Counted from the stretch's first letter, positions 15,368 through 26,191 are shown. The stretch is 46,278 nt of DNA from Sphingomonas sp. (GCF_048594985.1 NZ_JBMDXG010000348.1:1-46278); one strand, 5' to 3'. Made by a program: numbers and translations. Notes: generated from the sequence alone by a model not told the origin.

Positions 15368-15727
15368 ATGATGCGCGCTTGCCTGCCCCTGCTCGTTGCC
15401 GCGCTGGCATCCGGCCCGCTCGCCGCGATCACCATCGCCAATCCGGCGAGCGACCAGCTCGCCGCCTTGCCCGACATTCCACGCCGCGCCGCGTTGCGCG
15501 GCTCGATCCTCGATTCGGGCCTGCAATGCACCCGGGTCGAGGCCGCCGCGCGCCAGGGACCGTGGGGCAACCTGATGATGTGGCGCGCCAAGTGCGACCT
15601 GAAGGATCCGCGCTTCGATTATGGCGTCTTCATCGGCCCCGACGGATCGGTCCAGGCGCGCCGCTGCGGCGACATGAAGGTGCTGGGCCTCCCCCCCTGC
15701 CGCCCCCTCGTCCGCCGCGCGCGCTGA
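15368..15727 (+). CDS. Secreted hypothetical protein with four Cys in the mature part
   Basis: AAGGAG RBS, signal peptide, DSGLQC...WRAKC...ARRC...LPPC. Confidence 0.7.
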   Translation: MMRACLPLLVAALASGPLAAITIANPASDQLAALPDIPRRAALRGSILDSGLQCTRVEAAARQGPWGNLMMWRAKCDLKDPRFDYGVFIGPDGSVQARRCGDMKVLGLPPCRPLVRRAR

Positions 15728-15779
15728 GCGGGCGACGGCGCTTTCCAAGGCACGGCGTGGTTTCTAAGACGGGCGAAGC

Positions 15780-16325
15780 ATGACCAGCTTCACCGTGAAC
15801 GGCGAGCCCATCCATTACCGGATGGACCCGGAGACGCCCCTCCTGTGGGCGCTCCGTGACGCATCCAATCTGACGGGGACCAAATATGGCTGCGGCGCGG
15901 GCCAGTGCGGCGCGTGCACGGTCCATGTCGATGGCGTGCCGCGCCGCTCGTGCCAGGTGCCGATCGGCGCGATCGAGGGCGCGTTCGTGACCACGATCGA
16001 AGGCCTGTCGAACGACCGGGGCCATCCGCTCCAGCAGGCGTGGGTGGCCGAGGGCGTGCCGCAATGCGGCTATTGCCAGTCGGGAATGATCATGGCCGCC
16101 GCGGCATTGCTCGCCCGCACGCAGTCGCCGAGCGACGCGCAGATCGACGAGGCGATCACCAACCTCTGCCGCTGCGGCACCTATCCGCGCATCCGCCGCG
16201 CGATTCAGCGCGCGGCGGGCGCGATGCGAACCGGCGGCGCGCTGACCGCCGCCCCGCCGCCGCATATCGATCCCGAGGATGCCGCCGCCGCCGTCCCTGC
16301 TCTCTCCCCGCCGCCACGCCGCTAA
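15780..16325 (+). CDS. (2Fe-2S)-binding subunit, IorA/CoxS family
   Basis: [33 protein letters not shown]. Confidence 0.92.
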   Translation: MTSFTVNGEPIHYRMDPETPLLWALRDASNLTGTKYGCGAGQCGACTVHVDGVPRRSCQVPIGAIEGAFVTTIEGLSNDRGHPLQQAWVAEGVPQCGYCQSGMIMAAAALLARTQSPSDAQIDEAITNLCRCGTYPRIRRAIQRAAGAMRTGGALTAAPPPHIDPEDAAAAVPALSPPPRR

Positions 16326-16424
16326 CTTTCTGGATGCTGACAAGCGAGTTCAGCGTTCGATCAGCGCCAGCGGACCACAAAGCGCCATGCCGGGGCGAGT
16401 CCGCACCCGGCGAGGAGACAAGAC

Positions 16425-17360
16425 ATGGAGAGGTTGCGTCGCAGTCTGCTGGCCACCGCCACCCTGATCGCCTGCATTCCGGCGGTCCTTCCCGCCCAGA
16501 ATCCCGACGCGCGCCCGGAGCGGGGCCGTTCGACGCAGACGGAGGCCTATTCACGCGGCGGGCCTGACCGCTGGCAACGCGCGCAATCGCGGCCCACGCC
16601 GACGGCGGAGCGGCCCGAACGCCGCTGGCAGCCCGAAGCGGGCCGCGGAATGGCGCCACCCGACCGCCCGCGCGGGCCGGATGCACGTCCCGCATCGCCC
16701 GCCGCCGGCGCGCCCACGGCGCAAATGGCACCCGACTTTCGCCAGCCGCGCCCCGATCGCGGTGACGCCGCGCGCTGGAACCGGGACCGGTCCGACGACC
16801 GGCGGCGCTGGGACGGCGACGGGCGCCGCGATCAGACACGCCGCCCCGACCGGCCCGACGGCCGCCCCGGATGGGACAATGACCGCCGCGTCGACCGCCG
16901 CGATTGGCGCGGCGATGAGCAGCGCCGCTGGGCCGATGCGCGACGCGGGGACAATGACCGGCGTTGGCAGGATGGCCGCCGCTGGGACGGGGACCGTCGC
17001 TGGAACGGCGATCGGGATTGGGACCGGGGCCGCAATGGCTGGAACCGCCCGGGGTACCGCGCCGACTGGCGCAACGACCGCCGCTATGACTGGCGTTCGT
17101 GGCGCAACACGCACGGATCGATCTACCGCTTCCGCTACGCCGCGCCGCGCCAGTGGGGCTATGGCTATCGCCCCTTCTATCGGGGCGCGTTCCTCCAGCC
17201 GTTCTTCTACACGTCCAGCTACTGGCTGGCCGATCCGTGGGACTATCGCCTGCCGCCCGTCTCGGGCCCCTATCGGTGGGTCCGCTATTATGACGACGTG
17301 CTGCTGGTCGACATCAACACCGGCGAAGTGATCGACACGATCCAGGATTTCTTCTGGTAA
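16425..17360 (+). CDS. RcnB-family periplasmic protein with a long R/D/W-rich low-complexity region
   Basis: Signal peptide; C-terminal DPWDYRLPP...YRWVRYYDDVLLVD..TGEVID. Confidence 0.8.
   Translation: MERLRRSLLATATLIACIPAVLPAQNPDARPERGRSTQTEAYSRGGPDRWQRAQSRPTPTAERPERRWQPEAGRGMAPPDRPRGPDARPASPAAGAPTAQMAPDFRQPRPDRGDAARWNRDRSDDRRRWDGDGRRDQTRRPDRPDGRPGWDNDRRVDRRDWRGDEQRRWADARRGDNDRRWQDGRRWDGDRRWNGDRDWDRGRNGWNRPGYRADWRNDRRYDWRSWRNTHGSIYRFRYAAPRQWGYGYRPFYRGAFLQPFFYTSSYWLADPWDYRLPPVSGPYRWVRYYDDVLLVDINTGEVIDTIQDFFW
16959..17030 (+). repeat. Four imperfect 18-bp coding repeats (RRWQDG/RRWDGD/RRWNGD/RDWDRG)
   Basis: Read directly from the translation and the DNA. Confidence 0.7.
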
Positions 17361-17364
17361 TCGC

Positions 17365-17398
17365 TGGCGCGGCGTTTCGGCCAAGAAACGCCGCGCCA
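17365..17398. terminator. Perfect 14-bp hairpin after the first RcnB gene
   Basis: TGGCGCGGCGTTTC-GGCCAA-GAAACGCCGCGCCA, followed by ATCCTTT. Confidence 0.6.
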
Positions 17399-17511
17399 AT
17401 CCTTTCCGGTTGCTGACCAACAGATTCCAAATCGGTTCACCGAATCAGCAATAGATAAGTATTCGACGGAGCCGCCCCCCGGTGTCCGCCGACATGAGGT
17501 CCGAGGAGAAG

Positions 17512-17988
17512 ATGATGCGTACAGCAATTCTCGCCACGCTGCTGGCCGCCGCCACTGTCATGCCGACCGTCGCCCAGGCCCAGACGTCCGAACTACGCCA
17601 TGACCGCCGAGAGATCCGCGACGAGCGGCGCGATTACCAGCAAGCGCTTCGTCATGGGGATCGACGCGACGTTCGCGAGGCGCGGCGCGACTATCAGGAC
17701 GCCCGCCGCGAATATCGCGACGACTGGCGCGATTATCGCCGCCGCAACCCCGCGCTCTACCGGGCCGGCCGCTATTATGGCCCGTCGGGCTATCGCTATC
17801 GCCCGGTTGCCGCCGGTTATCGCTTCCAGCCCGCTTATTACGGCCAGCGTTACTGGGTCGATCCCTATCGCTACCACCTGCCGCGTCCCGCCGCCGCCCA
17901 GCGCTGGGTGCGCTACGGCAACGACGTGGTGCTGGTGAACGTCCGCAGCGGCCTGGTCGTCCGCAGCTATTCGGGCTTCTTCTACTAA
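17512..17988 (+). CDS. RcnB-family periplasmic protein
   Basis: GAGGAG RBS, signal peptide, DPYRYHLPRP...RWVRYGNDVVLVNVRSG. Confidence 0.85.
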   Translation: MMRTAILATLLAAATVMPTVAQAQTSELRHDRREIRDERRDYQQALRHGDRRDVREARRDYQDARREYRDDWRDYRRRNPALYRAGRYYGPSGYRYRPVAAGYRFQPAYYGQRYWVDPYRYHLPRPAAAQRWVRYGNDVVLVNVRSGLVVRSYSGFFY

Positions 17989-18018
17989 AGCTTCGGTTTG
18001 TCAGTAGCGTAGCGTACG

Positions 18019-18043
18019 GGGCCGGGCGGCGACGCCCGGCCCT
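18019..18043. terminator. Hairpin between convergent genes
   Basis: GGGCCGGGCG-GCGA-CGCCCGGCCC. Confidence 0.6.
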
Positions 18044-18082
18044 TGGCGCGTGACTCTGCGGCAGCCGATGGGCCGGTCGTGC

Positions 18083-18751
18083 CTAGTCGATCCGGCCGAA
18101 GGGCATGAGCGTCCGCGCAAGCTGGGCGGCGGCACGCCCATCGCCGTTGCGAAGGGGGATCAGCACCGCCTCCGCATTGCGCCGTGCGATCCGGTCGATC
18201 GGGGTGGGCGCCGCGCCCGCGACCGCACGCTCGGCAAGCTGGCGCGCCTTGGCCACGTCCTTGGGGTCGTGCCGGATCGTGAGCAGGGCTGCGAAGCCAT
18301 TGAAGAAGGCGCGGCTGCCGCCCAACGCGACCGACCGGTTGAGCGCCTCCAGCCCCGTTTCCTTGCGTGCCTTGAGCAGGGTCGACGCGAGAAAGCCCAT
18401 GTCGACCGTGTCGAGATGCCAGGCCGCCAGCGCAAGCTGCCCTTCGGGGTCACGCGGGAAGGCGGCGGCGAATTGTTCGAACACGTGGCGCGCGGCGCGC
18501 GCGTCGCCTGGCGAACGGGCGAGCCTTGCGCGATAGCCGAGCGCCACCCCCCGCTGCAGCACCGCCTCGCGATCCCTGGGATCGGCGCGCAGTTCGGCCT
18601 CCGCCTGCGCCAGCGCCTGATCAACGAGCTTGCGCGCGACGCCCTTGTCGGTGGTGGCGAAGGCGGCCTGCGTCAGCAGCTCGCGCGGCGTCGCGGCACA
18701 GACGGGCGCCGCGACGAGCATCACGGCCGCGATCGGGGTAGGCATCCTCAT
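18083..18751 (-). CDS. Secreted helical (TPR-like) hypothetical protein
   Basis: Signal peptide; Ala/Leu helical repeats; downstream of lysS. Confidence 0.65.
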   Translation of the reverse strand: MRMPTPIAAVMLVAAPVCAATPRELLTQAAFATTDKGVARKLVDQALAQAEAELRADPRDREAVLQRGVALGYRARLARSPGDARAARHVFEQFAAAFPRDPEGQLALAAWHLDTVDMGFLASTLLKARKETGLEALNRSVALGGSRAFFNGFAALLTIRHDPKDVAKARQLAERAVAGAAPTPIDRIARRNAEAVLIPLRNGDGRAAAQLARTLMPFGRID

Positions 18752-18787
18752 GAAAGGATCAACCGATCGCGCCCGTGAAACGATCCA

Positions 18788-20356
18788 TCACGCAGCCCTG
18801 GCAAGCGCTTCGGCGATCAGCGCGCGGCTGTTGGCGAGCCCGTAAAGCGCGATGAAGCTGCCCATGCGCGGTCCCTGTTCCGACCCAAGCAGCGTTTCGT
18901 ACAGCACCTTGAACCAGTCGCGCAGCCGTTCCTGCCCGTAATGACGCTTGCCGACTTCGTAGACCTCGTTCTGCGCCGTCGCGGCCAGATCGTCGGGCCC
19001 GAGCGTGGCGAGCCGGGCGTCGAGATCGCCGAGCGCGACCGCCTCCTCCGCCGTCGGCGCGCGCCGCCGGAGCGTGGGCGCGATCACGTCGCGATGATAG
19101 GCAAGCGCGTGGCCGATCAGCGCGTCGAGCGCGGGATGCTCCACGCCCGGATGATAAGCGCGCAGATAGTCCCACACCACGCTGGGATCGGCATCGCCGA
19201 TCACGCCGACGAGGTTGAGCAGCAGCCCGAACGTCACGGGCAACGGCGCGGCCGGCACGGCGCCATCATGGATGTGGTGGACGGGATTGCCGAGCTTCTG
19301 CGGCAGCCCCTGCCCCGGATAATCGGCGACCGATTTCCAGTAATCGTCCACCGCGCGCGGGATCACGCCGAGATGGAGCTGCTTGGCGCGCTTGGGCTCG
19401 CGATAGATGAAGTAAGCGAGGCTTTCGGGCGGGCCGTAGGTCAGCCATTGTTCGATCGACAGGCCGTTGCCCTTCGACTTGGAGATCTTCTCGCCGCGCT
19501 CGTCGAGGAACAGCTCGTAGACCAACGTCTCGGGCTTGCGCCCGCCGAGGATCTGGCAGATCCGCCCGCCAAGCTGCGCGCTGTCGATCAGGTCCTTGCC
19601 ATGCATCTCGTAATCGACGCCGAGCGCGGCCCAGCGCATGCCCCAGTCGGGCTTCCACTGGAGCTTGGCGCGCCCGCCGAGTACTGACTGCTCGATCCGT
19701 TCGCCCTCGTCGACGAAGGCGACGATCCCCGCTTCCGCATCGACCACCTCGACCGGCACCTGCAGCACCACCCCGCTCTTGGGGCTGATCGGCAGCACGG
19801 GCGAATAGGTCGCGCGCCGTTCCGCACCCAAAGTGGGCAGCATGACGCCCATGATCGCTTCGTAATGGCGCAGCACGCCGCGCAGGGCTTCGTCGAAGCG
19901 GCCGCCCTGATAATATTCGGTCGAGGACGCGAACTCGTAGTCAAAGCCGAAGCGGTCGAGGAAGTCGCGCAGCATCGCGTTGTTGTGGTGCGCGAAGCTT
20001 TCATACTTGCCGAACGGATCGGGGATGCGGGTCAGCGGCTTGCCCAGATGTTCGGCCAGCATCTCCCGGTTGGGCACGTTGTCGGGCACCTTGCGCAGCC
20101 CGTCCATGTCGTCCGAGAAAGCGAGCAGGCGGGTCGGGATGTCCGACAGCGCGGCGAAGGCGCGGCGCACCATCGTCGTCCGCAAGACTTCCTGAAAGGT
20201 GCCGATATGCGGCAGGCCCGAAGGCCCGTAGCCGGTTTCGAACAGGATGTGCCCCTTGGCCGGCGTGCCGTCGGGATAGCGCGCGAGCAGCTTGCGTGCC
20301 TCCTCATACGGCCACGCCTTGGAGGCGAGCGCGGCCTCGCGAAGCTCGTTTGTCAT
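18788..20356 (-). CDS. lysS: Lysine--tRNA ligase, class I
   Basis: FETGYGPSGLPHIGT (HIGH-like), KISKSKGNG (KMSKS-like), GPRMGSF. Confidence 0.95.
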   Translation of the reverse strand: MTNELREAALASKAWPYEEARKLLARYPDGTPAKGHILFETGYGPSGLPHIGTFQEVLRTTMVRRAFAALSDIPTRLLAFSDDMDGLRKVPDNVPNREMLAEHLGKPLTRIPDPFGKYESFAHHNNAMLRDFLDRFGFDYEFASSTEYYQGGRFDEALRGVLRHYEAIMGVMLPTLGAERRATYSPVLPISPKSGVVLQVPVEVVDAEAGIVAFVDEGERIEQSVLGGRAKLQWKPDWGMRWAALGVDYEMHGKDLIDSAQLGGRICQILGGRKPETLVYELFLDERGEKISKSKGNGLSIEQWLTYGPPESLAYFIYREPKRAKQLHLGVIPRAVDDYWKSVADYPGQGLPQKLGNPVHHIHDGAVPAAPLPVTFGLLLNLVGVIGDADPSVVWDYLRAYHPGVEHPALDALIGHALAYHRDVIAPTLRRRAPTAEEAVALGDLDARLATLGPDDLAATAQNEVYEVGKRHYGQERLRDWFKVLYETLLGSEQGPRMGSFIALYGLANSRALIAEALARAA

Positions 20357-20444
20357 TTGTTCCATAATCTAATAGCCTTGGCATCCAGCCCTTATGGAAG
20401 GCGCCGGCCGGTGCAAAGCGCTTTCCGAGAAGGAGAGGTGGACG

Positions 20445-21011
20445 ATGGAGATCCTGCCCCCGGGCCACGCCTTGCCCGCGCTGCGCGTGATCCGGCCCGA
20501 GCGGATGGCGGAACGAACCGCCTACGAGGCGCGACCAGGCCTGCGCGCGCTGCCGTCGGGCACGCTTGCCGTGGGCACGTTCGCGGGGCTGCAGGTGTGG
20601 ACGCTTACCATCCTGTTGTGGGCGATCTGGTGGCCGCATCCGATCAGCACGGGCGACTATCTCTTTTCGATCGGCGCGAGCGCGCTGCTCGGCGGGCTGG
20701 TGATCGGCGTCGTGCTGCTCCTGCTGCGTCGTTATCCCGGCTTCCTGCTGGCGGTGCTGCGCGCGCCGTTCGTGCGGCTGACCGTCACCGACCGCCGCAT
20801 CCTGTGGAGCCTGCCCTGGTCGCGCCGCCCGTTGATGGAAATCGGGCTTGAGCGGGTGATGGGCGGCATTCTGGGGCAGGTCGATCCGCGCGGATACGGC
20901 AATGCGGCGGTGGTGCTGGTGCCGGGCGATCCCTCGGCCGACATTGACGGCAACATCCATTTCGATCGGCTGCCCGACGTGCAGACGTTCGTCGCCGCGC
21001 TTCGCGGCTGA
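20445..21011 (+). CDS. Hypothetical 2-TM protein with a PH-like C-terminal domain
   Basis: AGGAGAGG RBS; two TM segments followed by LTVTDRRI. Confidence 0.65.
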   Translation: MEILPPGHALPALRVIRPERMAERTAYEARPGLRALPSGTLAVGTFAGLQVWTLTILLWAIWWPHPISTGDYLFSIGASALLGGLVIGVVLLLLRRYPGFLLAVLRAPFVRLTVTDRRILWSLPWSRRPLMEIGLERVMGGILGQVDPRGYGNAAVVLVPGDPSADIDGNIHFDRLPDVQTFVAALRG

Positions 21012-21032
21012 AGCGGTGCCAGTTTACGCTTC

Positions 21033-23756
21033 GTGATAAACCCCGCGATCGATCTGCCCGCGCTGCACGCCACGCATGGCGGCATCTGGCTCGCGACGCC
21101 GGACGGCGACACGCGCGCGATCGGGCGCGGCGCCGCGACCGCGTTCGCGGCCGAGACGCCGACCATCCTGCTCAACGCTCCGCTGGTCGCGGCGCGGCTG
21201 GGCTTGAGCGAGCTGTCGGGACTCGACCTGCTTGAATTGTTCGCCTTCGTTCACCCGGCGCGCTTCGCCGTTCCCACCCCGGCTGGCCTGGCGCGCGCGC
21301 TGGGCCTTGCCCCCCCGGCCGACGATGCGGACGCCCCTGCATTTCTCCGATGCGCGGCCAACACCTTGCTCGCGACGCTCGCACAGGCCGACTGGCCCGA
21401 GCGCGAAGGCGCGTGGACCGCCGCGCAGGGCCTCGGCCGCTTACGCTGGCCGTGGGCGGCGCTGGCAGCGACGCGCATTCCCCGGCCGGCCGAAGCCGAG
21501 CGCTGGCTGTTCTCCAAATTGCCGCAGTGGGAGGAAAGCGCCCCGCGCCCCGACCCGCGCCCGCACCGGCTGGACGAGGAAGAAACGCTCGACCATCTCG
21601 CCGGCCTCGTCGGGCAGGGCGCCGAGCCGCGCGAGGGCCAGCGCGACTATGCCGCCGCCGCCGCCCGCGCATTCGATCCGCGCGAGGACGAAGGACGCCC
21701 GCACCTGCTGCTGGCCGAGGCCGGGACGGGCATCGGCAAGACGCTCGGCTATCTGGCGCCGGCCTCGCTCCATGCCGCGCGCGCCGGCGGCACCGTCTGG
21801 ATCTCGACCTATACCAAGGCGCTTCAGCGTCAGCTCGCGGCGGAGACCGTGCGGCTTTTTCCCGACCCGGCGGAGCGGCGGCGCAAGGTCGTGGTGCGCA
21901 AGGGGCGCGAAAATTATCTCTGCCTGCTTAATCTGGAGGATGCCCTGCAGGGTGGGTTCCAGAATCGCGCGGCGGTGCTGGCGCAGCTTGTCGCGCGCTG
22001 GGCCGCCTATACGCGCGACGGCGACATGGTCGGCGGCGACCTGCCCGGCTGGCTCCCGACCTTGTTCCGCCGCGCCGGATCGACCGCGCTGACCGACCGG
22101 CGCGGCGAGTGCGTCTATGCCGGCTGCCCGCATTACCGGAAATGCTTCATCGAACGCGCGGCGCGCGCCTCCGACGAGGCGGACATCGTCATCGCCAACC
22201 ACGCGCTGGTGATGATCGTCGCCGAGCGCCGCCGGCTGGAGGGACGCGCGCTCCAGCGGATCGTGTTCGACGAGGGGCATCACCTGTTCGATGCCGCCGA
22301 TTCGACCTTTTCGACCGCGCTCACCGGACAGGAAGCGATCGAGCTGCGGCGCTGGATCATGGGCCCGGAGGCGAAGGCGCGCGGCCGGCGGCGGGGGCTG
22401 GCGGCACGTCTGCTCGACGTCGCCTCCTATGACGAGGAAGGCGCGCGCGCGATCGAACAGGCGGTGGCAGCGGCGCGCGAACTGCCGGGCGACGGCTGGC
22501 TCGGCCGGCTGGCGGAAGGGCTGCCGCTCGGCCCGGTCGAGACGCTGCTCGCGGCGGCGCGCGCGACCACCTACGCCCGCGCGAGTGCCGCCGATGCTGG
22601 CTAGGCGATCGAGACGCCGGCGGCCGAGCTCGACCCGGCGCTGATCGAGGCGGCGGCACCGGCCGCCGAGGCGCTGGAGGCGCTGGTCCGCCCGATGGCA
22701 CGGCTGCGCGCGCGCCTGCAGGCGGTGCTGGAGGACGCGACCGACTGGCTCGACAGCGCGGCGCGCGCGCGGGTCGATGGCGCGATTTACGGGCTGGGCC
22801 ATCGCGCGGCGATGCTCGGCGGGTGGATCGCGCTGCTGACCCGGATCGGCGGCCCGGTCGATCCCGACTTCGTCGACTGGCTGGTGGTCGACCGGGTCGA
22901 GGGGCGCGAATATGATATCGGCCTCCACCGTCATTGGCTCGACCCGACCCGCCCGCTCGCGGAAACGGTGCTGAAGCCCGCGCACGGCCTGCTCGTCACT
23001 TCCGCCACCCTGCGGGGCGGCGAGACGTGGGACGCCGCCGACGCGCGCAGCGGAGCATTGCATCTCGATCGTCAGCCGATGCGCTTCGCGGTCGACTCGC
23101 CGTTCGATTATGCGGGCCAGGCCGAGGTGTTGATCGTCACCGACATCAAGCGCGGCGACACGGCCGCGTTGGCCGGGGCCTATGCCCGGCTGATCGAGGC
23201 GGCGGGTGGCGGGGCGCTGGGCCTGTTCACCGCGATCCAGCGGCTGCGTGCGGTCCATGCCCGCATCGCCGACCGGTTGGCGCGCGAGGGGCTCCCGCTC
23301 TACGCGCAGCATGTCGACCCGATCGACACGGGCACGTTGATCGATATCTTCCGCGACGATCCGCATGCCAGCCTGCTCGGCACCGACGCGCTGCGCGACG
23401 GCGTCGACGTGCCCGGCGAGTCGCTCCGGCTGGTGGTGATGGAAGGCGTGCCATGGCCGCGCCCGACCACGCTTCACGCCGCGCGACGCGCCGTGGGCGG
23501 CGGAACCGCGCATGACGACCGGATCGTGCGCGCGCGGCTGGCGCAGGCATTCGGCCGGCTGATCCGCCGGGCCGACGATCGCGGCATGTTCGTGCTGCTG
23601 TCGGCCGCGACCCCGTCGCGCCTGCTCGATGCCTTCCCACGCGGCGTCCCCATCACGCGCGTCACGATGGAGTACGCGGTGAGCCGAGTCGCGACGCGGC
23701 TTTCCTCCACCGCGCCTTTCGGGCACTCTGTCGGCGGAGAGATTTTGCCGGGGTAA
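21033..23756 (+). pseudogene. dinG: DinG-family ATP-dependent helicase interrupted by one in-frame TAG (22602-22604)
   Basis: EAGTGIGKT, FeS Cys (YLC...C-x4-C-x5-C), DEGH and QAFGRLIRR all lie in one frame across the stop. Real nonsense mutation or base-call error. Confidence 0.8.
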
Positions 23757-23758
23757 GG

Positions 23759-24298
23759 ATGAAGAGGCTGACGCTGCTGCGCCACGCCAAGTCGGGGGAG
23801 GATCCCGAGGCCGCGCGCGATTTCGATCGCCAGCTCAACGCCAAGGGGCGGAGGGCCGCGCGCACCGTGGGCCGCCACATGCGCGACGAAGGGCTGCAAT
23901 TCGACGCGGTCATCGCCTCCCCCGCCACGCGGGTTGCCGAAACGCTGGAGGAAGTGGCGGCGGGCTACGGCCGCAGCCTTGATCCGGTATGGGAGCGCCG
24001 CATTTACCTCGCCTCGCCTGATGAACTGCTCGACGTGGTGCGCGACGTGCCGGACGATGCCGACAGCCTGCTGCTCGCGGGCCATAATCCCGGACTCGAA
24101 CAGCTGGTCCTGCTGCTCGTACCGCAGGACCAGGAGGGGGCGCGGGGCGAGGTCGCGCGCAAATATCCGACCGGCAGCCTCGCCGAGTTGCAATTCGATG
24201 TTGCGTCATGGGCGGACATCGCGCCGGGACACGGCGCGCTGACGCGGTTCGTGCGTCCGCGCGATCTCGATCCCGAGCTCGGGCCCGAATTTGCGTGA
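23759..24298 (+). CDS. sixA: SixA-family phosphohistidine phosphatase
   Basis: LLRHAKS, DFDRQL, SPATR, GHNPG. Confidence 0.88.
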   Translation: MKRLTLLRHAKSGEDPEAARDFDRQLNAKGRRAARTVGRHMRDEGLQFDAVIASPATRVAETLEEVAAGYGRSLDPVWERRIYLASPDELLDVVRDVPDDADSLLLAGHNPGLEQLVLLLVPQDQEGARGEVARKYPTGSLAELQFDVASWADIAPGHGALTRFVRPRDLDPELGPEFA

Positions 24299-24816
24299 AT
24301 GAACCGCAATTGCGTCGCGCCGGCCCGGCGGATGCGGGGCGGCTGTCGCTGCTCGGCGGCGCGACCTTCCTGCTCGCCTTCGCCCACGATCATCCCGGCG
24401 ACGCGCTGGTCGACCATGTCGCGAAAGAGCATAGCGTGGAGCGTTATTCGGCGCTGCTCGCCGATCCGGATTGCGCCATCTGGCTGGTCGAGACGACGCT
24501 CGGTGCCCCGATCGCCTATGCGGTGATGACGCCGCCGGAGGTCGATTGCGCCCATGACGCGTCCGACCTGGAGCTCAAGCGCATCTACGTGCTCGACCCC
24601 TGGCGAGGGGGCGGGTGGGGCGAGACGTTGATCTCCGCCGTGCAGGAGGAGGCACGTCATCGGGGTGCGCGCCGGCTGCTCCTGTGCGTCTACACCAGCA
24701 ACCTGTCGGCACAGCGTTTCTATGCCCGACAGGGGTTCGCCGATACGGGCTACGGCCAGCAATTCTACGTTGGCGCGATCGCGTTCGACGACCGGATCTG
24801 GGCGAAGGCCCTGTAA
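24295..24816 (+). CDS. GNAT N-acetyltransferase
   Basis: ELKRIYV..WRGGGWG, N..AQRFYARQGF; GTGA overlap with sixA. Confidence 0.88.
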   Translation: MNEPQLRRAGPADAGRLSLLGGATFLLAFAHDHPGDALVDHVAKEHSVERYSALLADPDCAIWLVETTLGAPIAYAVMTPPEVDCAHDASDLELKRIYVLDPWRGGGWGETLISAVQEEARHRGARRLLLCVYTSNLSAQRFYARQGFADTGYGQQFYVGAIAFDDRIWAKAL

Positions 24817-24849
24817 GGGGGCCCCGCCCGTCGTGATCCGACGTTTCGG

Positions 24850-25257
24850 CTAGCGGCAGCGTACGTCCTGGTTGCGATCGATCGCCCGGCCCGCCGCCGC
24901 GCCACCAGCCGCACCGAGCAGCACGCCCAGCACTTCCGACCGCCCGGAGGTGAGCGCCGCGCCGAGCGCGCCGCCCGCGATGCCACCCACGATCAGACCC
25001 GTGGTCCCGTCATTGCGGCGGCAATAATAACGCCCGTCCTGCCCGCGATAGACCCGGTCGTTCCGGCTCAGCCGGCGCTCGCGGTAACGTGCATCATCCC
25101 GGTAATAACGGTCGGCATAATAGTCGCCATAGGCCGGGTCGGGGTGGTTGTAGTCGTACATGCGGTAATTGGGCCGCCCGCCGGCCCCGCCACCATAGGT
25201 CGAACAGCCGCTGATGACCGTCGCAGCCGCCAGCAGGGCTATCGTTGTCTTGCGCAT
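24850..25257 (-). CDS. Glycine-zipper 2TM lipoprotein
   Basis: ISGC lipobox; YRGQDGRYYCRR.DGTTGLIVGG.AGG glycine zipper. Confidence 0.85.
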   Translation of the reverse strand: MRKTTIALLAAATVISGCSTYGGGAGGRPNYRMYDYNHPDPAYGDYYADRYYRDDARYRERRLSRNDRVYRGQDGRYYCRRNDGTTGLIVGGIAGGALGAALTSGRSEVLGVLLGAAGGAAAGRAIDRNQDVRCR

Positions 25258-25289
25258 CCTCTCTCTCCCTGTTCGGGTCGTGAACGGGC

Positions 25290-25314
25290 AATGCGCGGAC
25301 GATGATTTGGTTGC
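25290..25314 (-). promoter_or_regulatory. Possible EcfG (general stress) promoter
   Basis: GCAAC-N16-CATT compared with the consensus GGAAC-N16/17-CGTT. Confidence 0.4.
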
Positions 25315-25360
25315 GGGGGTGCAACAAGGGCGCCGGGGTCGCCCGACGCCCTCGCGATGG

Positions 25361-26191
25361 TCAGTTCTGGATGAAGGCGAGCAGATCGGGGTTCACCACG
25401 TCGGGATGCGTGGTGCACATTCCGTGCGGCAGGCCGTCATAGCTCTTCAGCGTGCCGTTCCGCAGGAGCTTCACCGAAAGCGGCGCGGAGTCGGCATAGG
25501 GCACGATCTGGTCGTCGGTGCCGTGCATCACCAATACGGGCACGTCGATCGCCTTCAGATCGTCGGTGAAGTCGGTTTCGGAAAAGGCCTTGATGCAGTC
25601 GTAATGCGCCTTGGCGCCGCCCATCATCCCCTGGCGCCACCAATTCCAGATCACGCCCTGATCGACTTTCACCCCTTCGCGATTGTAGCCGTAAAAGGGC
25701 CCGGTCGGCACATCGACGAAGAATTGCGCACGATTGTCGGCGGTCGCCTTGCGGAAGCCGTCGAACACCTCGATCGGCAGCCCGCCCGGATTGGCGTCGC
25801 TCTTCACCATGATCGGCGGCACCGCCCCGATCAGCACGGCCTTGGCGACGCGGCCGGGCTTCGCGCGCGCGACATAGTGCGCCACTTCGCCGCCGCCGGT
25901 GGAATGGCCGATATGGACCGCGTCCTTCAGGTCGAGATGGTCGGCCAGCGCCGCGACATCGGCGGCATAGGTATCCATCTCGTTGCCGTCCCACGTCTGG
26001 GTCGACCGGCCATGTCCGCGGCGGTCATGCGCGATCACTCGATAGCCGTGGCCCAAGAAGAACAGCATCTGGTTGTCCCAGTCGTCCGCGCTGAGCGGCC
26101 AACCGTGATGAAAAACGATCGGCTGCGCATCGCGCGGGCCGAGGTCCTTGTAATAGATTTCGGTTCCGTCGCTGACCGTCACATAAGGCAT
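25361..26191 (-). CDS. Non-heme chloroperoxidase-type alpha/beta hydrolase
   Basis: [26 protein letters not shown] nucleophile, [13 protein letters not shown]. Confidence 0.9.
   Translation of the reverse strand: MPYVTVSDGTEIYYKDLGPRDAQPIVFHHGWPLSADDWDNQMLFFLGHGYRVIAHDRRGHGRSTQTWDGNEMDTYAADVAALADHLDLKDAVHIGHSTGGGEVAHYVARAKPGRVAKAVLIGAVPPIMVKSDANPGGLPIEVFDGFRKATADNRAQFFVDVPTGPFYGYNREGVKVDQGVIWNWWRQGMMGGAKAHYDCIKAFSETDFTDDLKAIDVPVLVMHGTDDQIVPYADSAPLSVKLLRNGTLKSYDGLPHGMCTTHPDVVNPDLLAFIQN

Noticed and set aside
22602-22604. Pyrrolysine or amber recoding in dinG
   Set aside because: No pyl genes in the window, and TAG serves as a normal stop for several genes here.
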